24,122 nt of DNA, taken from the NCBI GenBank assembly GCA_012086945.1, contig GCA_012086945.1_3922.1. One strand, given 5' to 3'. Shown in pieces: positions 6,959 through 14,022 of the stretch. Within the stretch, counting starts at the first letter, position 1; each line of letters starts with the position of its first letter. The stretch is from a phage. The notes under the pieces are model-generated. The model had not been told where the DNA came from. It saw only the letters and a program-made list of their open reading frames with translations, and made no database searches. The position numbers and the translations under genes were made by a program.

Positions 6959-8936
6959 AGGTCGTAAATTGAAAGAGGCTGGTCAGTTTGTTGGTCATTG
7001 TGCATGTCCACGTTGTGGTTCATCAGATGCTGGTTCAATCTATCATCATGACGATGATTCTTATTCAATGACTTGCTTTAGTTGTAAAAAAGGTTTCCCA
7101 GAGTGGGATTTTGATAAAGGACAAATCGTGAGCACTTATTCTACTGGTTCAGACAATAAAAACCGCACTTTCCGTGGAATGGATTTAGACGATGTAAAAG
7201 AAAACCTAGAAGCAATGGACTTGAAAGATAGGAAGATTCCTGCAAAAGTCCTTGAACGCTTAGGTATCAAGGTTGACATTGACAGTGACGGTGAAATTGA
7301 TGCGCACTTCTATCCAACTTACAAACGTAATGAAGATGGTAAGTTAGAGCACGTTGGTTACCGTGTACGTCACCGTTACCCAGAAGACCATCCAAAAGAG
7401 CACCTACGTGGTAAGCTAAAAGACTTTTCAGGTGGTGTTGGAGACATTAAAGGTGAACTGGCAATGTTCGGTTCATGGATTGCTCCAGAAGGTGGTAACC
7501 GTCTATTCATCTGGGAAGGTGAGATGGAATGTGCGACAGCAATCTATATGACCTCTCTTGCGATTAAAGACAAGTCTCGTCGTAAGAATTACTGTCATGT
7601 ATCTGTTCCGTCAGGTGCAAACATCAAGTCTATCAAAGATAACTATCAGTACATCACATCATTTGATGAGATTTACTTGTGCTTTGATAACGATGAAGCA
7701 GGTGCTAAAGCTACCAAAGAGGCTGCTGGTATCTTACCTATTGAGAAGGTTCGTTTATTCCAGTATCCAGAAGGTGTAAAAGACCTTAATGAATGGTGGA
7801 CAAAGTTCTATAAAGAGAAAGACACAGTGCTTGAAGGGTTTAAGCAGCGTATCTACAATGCACCTCGTTATTGCCCTGCTGGTATCAAGAACTTTGCAGA
7901 TGGTTTTGAGGCAATGAAGAATCGTGGTCAGATTCCATTGATTCCTTTCCCAGAGTCTTTCGGGGATTTGAACAGACTGACTTATGGTGGTTATGGTTTA
8001 GGTGAGATTACGACTATTGCAGCACCATCTTCAGTAGGTAAGTCAGCTTACACTCGTGAGATGATTTATTCAGCTTGGAAAGAAACTGATTATAATATTG
8101 GTGTAATTCCTGTAGAAGATACTTACGAAGAACTTATGGAAATGCTCTGTGCAATCCACCTAAGTAAGCAGATTTCTGAGATTCCTTATGACGAACGTGA
8201 TTGGGATGAATTAAAAGGAGCACACGCAGAACTTTCAAAAGGTCGTCGTATCCACATTGTGGACCATCAAGGGGCTATTGACCAAGATAACCTGCTGGAA
8301 TTTGTTGACTATCTTGTTAACAGTTTAGATTGCAAGATTATCATTCTTGACCCTATTACGTTGGCTCTGTCACGTTCAGATACGGATGAAGAGGAAGTTC
8401 TGTCTGAATTATTGCGTCGTTGCAAACGCTACCAGTATGCACAGGTGAACGTCTGTCACGTTCGTAAGAGCGCAGGTGGTCAGAAAGCTAACTCTGAAGG
8501 TGGAGACATCTCTGAAGAGGATATTAAAGGTTCTGGTGCGTATTTCCAGATTTCTATGAACAACATTCTGTTAATGCGTAACAAGGTTGACCCAGACCCT
8601 GTTAAGAAAAACTTGACAAAAATCAAGTTAACTAAATGTCGTCGTCACGGTAAGTCAACGGGTATTGCTGGTCATACTTGGTACAATCCAGATACAGGAC
8701 GCCTCATCAAAGCATCTGGTTGTGGGGTTGACATTGATGGTGCAGCAGAAAATATTCGCCAACAGTTTGGTATTGGCGAAGCTGAAGACCATTACGATGA
8801 CTCTTTGCCACATTATGAGGATGAAGTGTTTGACCGTGAGACTGGTGAAGTCTATACTGAAGAGCAGCGTCAAAGCTCAACGATTCCACCTGTATTAAGT
8901 GAGGATGCAGATGACTGCCCATTCGAAACTGAGTGA
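6951..8936 (+). CDS. bifunctional DNA primase-helicase (T7 gp4-like)
   Basis: N-terminal zinc ribbon CPRCGSS...CFSCKK; TOPRIM motifs WEGEMECATAI and FDNDEAGAKATKEAAGILP; Walker A APSSVGKSAY; Walker B IIILDP; C-terminal KLTKCRRHGKSTGIAGHTW and acidic tail, all parallel to recalled T7 gp4. Start moved to ATG 6951 with GAGG upstream; the track start at 6945 is GTG. Confidence 0.9.
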   Translation: MSKGRKLKEAGQFVGHCACPRCGSSDAGSIYHHDDDSYSMTCFSCKKGFPEWDFDKGQIVSTYSTGSDNKNRTFRGMDLDDVKENLEAMDLKDRKIPAKVLERLGIKVDIDSDGEIDAHFYPTYKRNEDGKLEHVGYRVRHRYPEDHPKEHLRGKLKDFSGGVGDIKGELAMFGSWIAPEGGNRLFIWEGEMECATAIYMTSLAIKDKSRRKNYCHVSVPSGANIKSIKDNYQYITSFDEIYLCFDNDEAGAKATKEAAGILPIEKVRLFQYPEGVKDLNEWWTKFYKEKDTVLEGFKQRIYNAPRYCPAGIKNFADGFEAMKNRGQIPLIPFPESFGDLNRLTYGGYGLGEITTIAAPSSVGKSAYTREMIYSAWKETDYNIGVIPVEDTYEELMEMLCAIHLSKQISEIPYDERDWDELKGAHAELSKGRRIHIVDHQGAIDQDNLLEFVDYLVNSLDCKIIILDPITLALSRSDTDEEEVLSELLRRCKRYQYAQVNVCHVRKSAGGQKANSEGGDISEEDIKGSGAYFQISMNNILLMRNKVDPDPVKKNLTKIKLTKCRRHGKSTGIAGHTWYNPDTGRLIKASGCGVDIDGAAENIRQQFGIGEAEDHYDDSLPHYEDEVFDRETGEVYTEEQRQSSTIPPVLSEDADDCPFETE

Positions 8937-9192
8937 TAGTTACAAAAGAGAGGGGTTCACACCCTTCTTTGAAGAAAAAAGTTTGAATCAATTTCAAGCA
9001 GAGTGTTTGACAAAGATTGATAGGTTCTATATAATGCTCTACATGAAATGCGATGGAGAAGTTGAAATAGAAGAGCAGTTCCATCAAAGCATAATTACAG
9101 TCACCGTTACTCTACCTGAGCATAATATTGGTTGGCTATTTATAATTAAAGAAAATGTGTTTGAATATCAAGTATATCGGAGAATATTATGA
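8899..9192 (+). CDS. hypothetical protein, start uncertain (candidate ATGs at 8899, 8911, 9043)
   Basis: Overlaps the primase-helicase 3' end in another frame; its stop overlaps the next ATG as ATGA. Contains the consensus promoter at 9007..9035, so the real product may begin at ATG 9043. Confidence 0.35.
   Translation: MRMQMTAHSKLSDSYKREGFTPFFEEKSLNQFQAECLTKIDRFYIMLYMKCDGEVEIEEQFHQSIITVTVTLPEHNIGWLFIIKENVFEYQVYRRIL
9007..9035 (+). promoter_or_regulatory. sigma70-type promoter, perfect consensus (TTGACA-N17-TATAAT)
   Basis: TTGACA 9007..9012, 17-nt spacer, TATAAT 9030..9035, read directly from sequence. Confidence 0.6.
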
Positions 9193-9338
9193 AACACTCT
9201 AAAGCATTTGAAAAAGTTTTTGGGGATTCCTTAAAAGCCACTGCTGGAAAACCAGCAAAATACTATGAAGAGAAGCGTGTAAGAACTGGAAAAACTGCAC
9301 GTAAAGCAGCTTCTAAAGATAAGCACAACTTCCAGTAA
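9189..9338 (+). CDS. small basic protein (49 aa, MKHSKAFEKVFGDSLKATAGKPAKYYEEKRVRTGKTARKAASKDKHNFQ)
   Basis: ATG overlaps the upstream stop; GGAGA upstream; hand translated, below the track threshold. Confidence 0.35.
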   Translation: MKHSKAFEKVFGDSLKATAGKPAKYYEEKRVRTGKTARKAASKDKHNFQ

Positions 9339-9345
9339 TTAATGT

Positions 9346-9374
9346 TTGACAATAGAGTATCAACAAACTAGAAT
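9346..9374 (+). promoter_or_regulatory. sigma70-type promoter (TTGACA-N17-TAGAAT) upstream of the SSB gene
   Basis: TTGACA 9346..9351, 17-nt spacer, TAGAAT 9369..9374; about 37 nt upstream of ATG 9411. Confidence 0.5.
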
Positions 9375-9410
9375 TGGTACTCTTCATAAATTGAGATAGA
9401 GGTTTAAATA

Positions 9411-10268
9411 ATGTCTAAAGTTGTTAAAATGAAAGCTCCGGTAGAGAAATACAATGGCACTGAACGCCAAACTCTGCGATACCTGCTGAAAGATGTCTGG
9501 TTTTATTACCTGAACACTTCACCACGTCCGGGAAAAGGTAAGTCTATTGATAAGAAATTCCCAGGCAAAGACTGTAACTACAGCGTATCAATTCTGGCAG
9601 AAGACGGTAACAAACTGTTTAAAGAGTTTACTAAGTCTAAGAAAAATCCAGAAGGTTGGGATAAAGTCACTACTGAAGCAGTTGATGCAGACGACTTCGA
9701 AGAGAAGTTTGGTTGTAAACCACCTTTTGAAGCAGACACTTACTACATCTTGAAAGTAAGTCGTGCAGCAGCTTATAAAGATGGTGCTGTATGGACAGCT
9801 AAACAGTCATTCCCTGTTATGCTTATTGAAGAAGTAAATGGTAAGCGTGTAGCTGTTAAGCAGCCGATGAAGAAAATCAAAGCTCAAGCATCTGATAAAC
9901 ATGAAGATGATAAGAACTATGATGTAATTCATCCAGATATTGCAGTTGGTAACGGTTCTTTTGGTAGTGTGATTCTTTCTACTCACTTCTACACTTTTGA
10001 GAACAATGTTCTGACAAAACCTATTCAGGAACAGTTTATCATTGATACTCTTGTACCTTACACTGGTGGTAACGGTGCTAACGGTGAACCTGAACTGGAT
10101 GAAGACGAACTGGCTATGCTTGGTCTTGATGGTGTCGAAGATAACGGTGAAATCACTGAAGAAGACGCAACAGACCATAAATCTTCGAATGAGTTTGATG
10201 ATGGTGATGATGAAGATTTGCCAGACCCAGATGACGAAGAAGATGAAGACTTCGATACAGAAGACTAG
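9411..10268 (+). CDS. putative single-stranded DNA-binding protein (T7 gp2.5-like) with acidic C-terminal tail
   Basis: C-terminus DDGDDEDLPDPDDEEDEDFDTED; internal stretch IAVGNGSFGSV...LVPYTGGNG resembles recalled gp2.5 IIGGGSKLKV...LATFGGG; flanked by its own promoter and terminator. Confidence 0.5.
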   Translation: MSKVVKMKAPVEKYNGTERQTLRYLLKDVWFYYLNTSPRPGKGKSIDKKFPGKDCNYSVSILAEDGNKLFKEFTKSKKNPEGWDKVTTEAVDADDFEEKFGCKPPFEADTYYILKVSRAAAYKDGAVWTAKQSFPVMLIEEVNGKRVAVKQPMKKIKAQASDKHEDDKNYDVIHPDIAVGNGSFGSVILSTHFYTFENNVLTKPIQEQFIIDTLVPYTGGNGANGEPELDEDELAMLGLDGVEDNGEITEEDATDHKSSNEFDDGDDEDLPDPDDEEDEDFDTED

Positions 10269-10286
10269 TCTCTAAAAGTTACTTTA

Positions 10287-10314
10287 AAGCCCTGTACTTA
10301 GTATGGGGCTTTTT
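10287..10314 (+). terminator. rho-independent terminator candidate
   Basis: AAGCCCT...GGGGCTT stem followed by TTTTT, directly after the SSB gene. Confidence 0.5.
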
Positions 10315-10330
10315 CATATGGAGAGCCATA

Positions 10331-11377
10331 ATGGAGAAGTACACATTAACAAAGCTTCCCGATTCAGTTACACATGTTTTTATTGACTCTGACAGTATTG
10401 CCTATAAAGGTGCTTGTGTAGTTGAGAAAGCAAAATATAAATACGTCAATAAACTCACAGCAGAAGAGTCTGAGCCATTTGATAATGCGAAAGATGCTGC
10501 AAGATGGTTAGCAGACCAGAGAATCCTTGTGGAAGAGCTTGGCCTGACATTTGATGAAGATGAATGGGAAAGACAAACTTGGAAAGAAGCTAAGAGTGAA
10601 AAAGAAGCTATCATGGCTACTCAGCAGGTTCTTCAGGAATGGCTTAAGGTTGTTGGTAAAGAAAGAACTTGGGTAGGTTACTTAACAGAGAAGGGTGTAC
10701 ATAAACATAAAGACATTAAAGGTCTTGAGCACCAATATCAAGGTAACCGTAAAGATGCTGTCACACCAACACATTTAGTCGCTTGTCGTGAATACCTTCT
10801 GTCAAGACCAGAGTTCAAATTGATTCTTGATGGATTTGAAGCTGACTCTATCGTTATTGCTAAAGCTGAAAAGATGGGTAAAAAGGCTGCCTTAATGAGT
10901 ATTGATAAAGACCTTCGACAAGCTGAAGGTACTTACTGCATTGATATGACCTATGAAAAATCACCTTTAATTTTTATTGCTGATAACAACGTTGGTGAAA
11001 TTTGGGATTGCCCAATAAAATCAACACCAAAAGCTAAGAAGACAGTTGGGGTAGGTTTTAAATTTCTTTGTTATCAAGCTGTGGCTGGTGATAATGCAGA
11101 TAACTATTTTGGTTTAAAGGGCGTTGGTAAGGTTGCTGTAATGAAAGCCCTTGAAGGTAAAACTACTTACAAAGAGTGTCTTGATGCAATCTATGAACTT
11201 TATGCTAAGAAAGAGTCCTACACTTATGTCTCGTGGGATGGTCAAACAATTACCAGAACACCTTTAGAACTAATGCAGCAACACTTCTTCTTAGCTTATC
11301 AGGAAAGAAATAAGAAAGACGATTTTACTTTTGATAAGTATGGGTGGACACCAAATGTTAACTCAACAAACTCTTAA
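10331..11377 (+). CDS. 5'-3' exonuclease / flap endonuclease (T7 gp6-like)
   Basis: N-terminal acidic VFIDSDSIAYKG; helix-3-turn-helix-like AVAGDNADNYFGLKGVGKVAVMKAL; SIDKD motif as in recalled gp6 (ISCDKD). Confidence 0.7.
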   Translation: MEKYTLTKLPDSVTHVFIDSDSIAYKGACVVEKAKYKYVNKLTAEESEPFDNAKDAARWLADQRILVEELGLTFDEDEWERQTWKEAKSEKEAIMATQQVLQEWLKVVGKERTWVGYLTEKGVHKHKDIKGLEHQYQGNRKDAVTPTHLVACREYLLSRPEFKLILDGFEADSIVIAKAEKMGKKAALMSIDKDLRQAEGTYCIDMTYEKSPLIFIADNNVGEIWDCPIKSTPKAKKTVGVGFKFLCYQAVAGDNADNYFGLKGVGKVAVMKALEGKTTYKECLDAIYELYAKKESYTYVSWDGQTITRTPLELMQQHFFLAYQERNKKDDFTFDKYGWTPNVNSTNS

Positions 11378-11846
11378 AGAGTACCTACATTATGACCCCG
11401 AAACAGGGGTCTTTACTTGGATTAAGAAATCTGCTAGACACACAAAAATTGGCTCTGTTGCAGGTACAAACTTAAGAGGGTATACCAGAATTTATTTGTT
11501 TGGTAAGGGCTATTATGCACATACCCTAGCCGTTCTGTATATGGATGGATACCTACCTGAGTGTGTTGACCATAAAAATCATGTAACACTAGACAATCGC
11601 TGGGTAAATCTTAGGGCATGTACGTTATCAGAGAACCAATGCAATAGGTTGCTCAATAAGAACAATAAATCAGGTGTTAAAGGTGTGTACTACAAAAAAC
11701 AGTATGGTAAGTGGTCTACACAGATAACTTTTAAGAAGAGGGTCTACTTCTTCGGCAACTATGACACTATTGATGAAGCAGCAGAGGTTGTAAATAGGGA
11801 ACGTCAACGTTTACACAAAGAGTTTGCTAATAAAGGTGATGAATGA
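11331..11846 (+). CDS. HNH homing endonuclease with AP2-like DNA-binding domain (true start possibly ATG 11355)
   Basis: YDPETGVFTW...GYTRIYLFGKGYYAHTLAVLYMDGYLPECVDHKNHVTLDNRWVNLRACTLSENQCN...SGVKGVYY...GKWSTQITFKKRVYFFGNYDTIDEA fits the classic free-standing phage HNH plus AP2 pattern; overlaps the exonuclease 3' end. Confidence 0.75.
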   Translation: MISMGGHQMLTQQTLKEYLHYDPETGVFTWIKKSARHTKIGSVAGTNLRGYTRIYLFGKGYYAHTLAVLYMDGYLPECVDHKNHVTLDNRWVNLRACTLSENQCNRLLNKNNKSGVKGVYYKKQYGKWSTQITFKKRVYFFGNYDTIDEAAEVVNRERQRLHKEFANKGDE

Positions 11847-12343
11847 GAAAAATAAAAGGTTTTGGCAATTGCCCTGAATATGGACATTGGGTTTCACTAT
11901 GTGGTGAAGTTGACCCAGCAAAGCACTTTGGTTTTGTCTACCTAGTGTACTGCAAAAAGACTGGACAGTACTATTTGGGTAAGAAACAGCTTAATAGTGT
12001 GACTAAAAGAAAAGTTGCTGGCAAGACTCGGAAGAAGGTAGTCACTAAGGAGAGTGATTGGATGACTTATGAAACTTCTTCTGAGTATATTAAAAAAGAT
12101 ATTGAGAGCTTTGGAAAAGAATTTTTTGACTTTTACATTATTCAGACCTACTACACGAAAGGTGGCCTAGTCTATGGTGAAGCAAACCTTCAACATAAAT
12201 TCGATGTAATGACAAAAAGGATTGACTCTAAGCTCAGACTCTTCTACAATGCCAATATTGCAGCAATTAAGTTTATTACTAAAGAAACTTATGAAGATGC
12301 TGAAAAAAGAATCCATAAGGTAATGAAAGCAAACTGTGCTTGA
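11843..12343 (+). CDS. hypothetical protein (166 aa); weak GIY-YIG-like motif
   Basis: ATG overlaps the upstream stop as ATGA; FVYLVYCKKTGQYYLGKK has GIY-x10-YIG-like spacing, but downstream catalytic residues were not confirmed. Confidence 0.45.
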   Translation: MRKIKGFGNCPEYGHWVSLCGEVDPAKHFGFVYLVYCKKTGQYYLGKKQLNSVTKRKVAGKTRKKVVTKESDWMTYETSSEYIKKDIESFGKEFFDFYIIQTYYTKGGLVYGEANLQHKFDVMTKRIDSKLRLFYNANIAAIKFITKETYEDAEKRIHKVMKANCA

Positions 12344-12364
12344 TAACTATTGAGAGAGAATAAA

Positions 12365-12613
12365 ATGTTTAATAAAAGCAAAGCTGTGAGTCATGTAGCA
12401 AAAGTTGACAGTAAGATTGAAGAACTTGAGCGCATTCTTGCAAATGCCAGAGAGTCAATAATTAAAGAGGTTGAAGCTGTTGAATCTCAAATGCAGCACC
12501 TAATGCTTAAACGTCAAGAGCTACGTGAGCATCTGGAATATATTGAAACACGAGAGCTAAAGGTTAACAGATATTTTAAGGAGTCCAAATGTTTAACTCA
12601 AGAGAATCAGTAA
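12365..12613 (+). CDS. small hypothetical protein, probable coiled coil (track 12350..12613 shortened to ATG 12365)
   Basis: GAGAGAG 6 nt upstream of ATG 12365; the track start at 12350 is TTG. Confidence 0.4.
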   Translation: MFNKSKAVSHVAKVDSKIEELERILANARESIIKEVEAVESQMQHLMLKRQELREHLEYIETRELKVNRYFKESKCLTQENQ

Positions 12614-13344
12614 AAAACTGGAATCTTCGTTGTGGAAACACTCAAAAGCAACCTTACAGTGATGAGTATTGGGAGTCTTTGAAATCTCAATCTCTATGTA
12701 TGCTTGAAGAAGCAAAAGAGCTTGTAAAAGCAATTGAAGAGAAAGACCCCATTGAGACACTGGATGCTCAGGCAGATTTGCAATATGTTCTTGACGGTCT
12801 GATTTATCTGTCACAACATGACCATAACGGTGCTATGAAAGCTGTTTGCCATAATAATGACCTGAAGTACACAGACGACTATGAAGAAGCTTTAAAACGT
12901 CTTGCAGATATTGAGAAGCGTACTGGTCAAGAGTGTATCATCAGAATGTCAGTAGTTGATGGTAAAGAATGGTATGCAATTGTTCGTGCAGCCGATGGGA
13001 AGATTATGAAGCAATCTAATCTCCCTAAAGTTCAGCTTGGTGAATACATTGTAGAACTTGAAAGCCAAGAACTTTTTGTGGTAGTATCTGACACATGCGT
13101 TATCTGCAAAGGTATTGTATGTAGCTTAAAGGATTTGGGTGTAGATGGTTTTGTAGAAGTTAATCCAATTACCTCTAAAGCAGATAAAGATTTCTGTAAA
13201 GAGAATGGACTATGGATTGCAGATATTGTCTACTATGATGGTGAGCAGTTCCATGTAACCTCATACCCGAAACTGAATTATGATGCTAATAACCTGAAGT
13301 GCTGGTTAAAAGGGGTTGGTTATAATGGATTCACAGAACATTAA
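12589..13344 (+). CDS. hypothetical protein (251 aa); N-terminal region weakly MazG-like
   Basis: Strong SD AAGGAG; LEEAKELVKAIEEKD...DAQADLQYVLDGLIYL loosely resembles the E-x2-EE / D-x-L helix pair of MazG-type pyrophosphohydrolases. Confidence 0.4.
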   Translation: MFNSRESVKNWNLRCGNTQKQPYSDEYWESLKSQSLCMLEEAKELVKAIEEKDPIETLDAQADLQYVLDGLIYLSQHDHNGAMKAVCHNNDLKYTDDYEEALKRLADIEKRTGQECIIRMSVVDGKEWYAIVRAADGKIMKQSNLPKVQLGEYIVELESQELFVVVSDTCVICKGIVCSLKDLGVDGFVEVNPITSKADKDFCKENGLWIADIVYYDGEQFHVTSYPKLNYDANNLKCWLKGVGYNGFTEH

Positions 13345-13648
13345 TAAAGAAGGTGTGGCTCAGAAGAGCCACTTCTCAAACTACAATATTTCTATGACGG
13401 TGTTTATGAATGACCCGTTACTTGAGAAGTATGGTGAGACTCCAGATACACTTCTGGATAATGAACAAGTTTTAAAAGCAGTCCTGTACAAATACGGGAT
13501 TGATATTGAGAAAGAGTATTCTTTTGAAATCTGTCAACACAGGAATACTTTTGGTAAAGTTGTAATGGCTCCACTCTTCATGGGTGTAGAAAGAACTGAC
13601 TATGGTTGGTTATATCTAAAAAGAAACTTGGAGAAATACCGTGTCTAA
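13325..13648 (+). CDS. hypothetical protein (track 13316..13648 shortened to ATG 13325)
   Basis: Track start is TTG; first ATG at 13325; tightly packed with neighbours. Confidence 0.4.
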   Translation: MDSQNINKEGVAQKSHFSNYNISMTVFMNDPLLEKYGETPDTLLDNEQVLKAVLYKYGIDIEKEYSFEICQHRNTFGKVVMAPLFMGVERTDYGWLYLKRNLEKYRV

Positions 13649-13976
13649 AGCAAAAAAGTTATCTTATGATGACATTATCTCAGGTGCTAAATTAGGTGTT
13701 GACAGTATCGGACAAGACGTTAAGCACGGTGACACAGTTATGTACTGTGACGACCGAAGAGGCAGAAGTGCAATCTTGTTTGGAAGAATTGTTTGCAAAA
13801 TGCGAGGCAATTACATTGTTGCAGACATGGATGTGAATGTCACACAAAAACTTGAAACAATTATGGATGCTAGTACACCATCATGGTTCCTGAATTGTAT
13901 GCACACCTCTTCAGTCACAAAGGTAAGTGATAAGTTTTACGATATGTGGCAGAATGAGCAAATTTTCAAGATTTAA
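13641..13976 (+). CDS. hypothetical protein (111 aa), GTG start
   Basis: GGAGA 6 nt upstream of GTG 13641; followed by a terminator. Confidence 0.4.
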   Translation: MSKAKKLSYDDIISGAKLGVDSIGQDVKHGDTVMYCDDRRGRSAILFGRIVCKMRGNYIVADMDVNVTQKLETIMDASTPSWFLNCMHTSSVTKVSDKFYDMWQNEQIFKI

Positions 13977-13982
13977 ACTAGG

Positions 13983-14004
13983 GAGCCTCTTCGGAGGCTC
14001 TTTT
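13983..14004 (+). terminator. rho-independent terminator with UUCG tetraloop
   Basis: GAGCCTC-TTCG-GAGGCTC perfect 7-bp stem followed by TTTT. Confidence 0.7.
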
Positions 14005-14022
14005 CATCTGTAGGATTTAAAA

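Noticed and set aside
7558-9087. Track ORFs 7558..7779 (+), 8655..8873 (-), 8665..8898 (+), 8707..9087 (-) overlapping the primase-helicase gene
   Set aside because: Alternative-frame or antisense ORFs within a well-supported gene; no translation signals recognised.
9547-10275. Track ORFs 9547..9753 (+), 9807..10178 (-), 10042..10275 (+) inside the SSB gene
   Set aside because: Embedded in or antisense to the SSB reading frame; no independent support.
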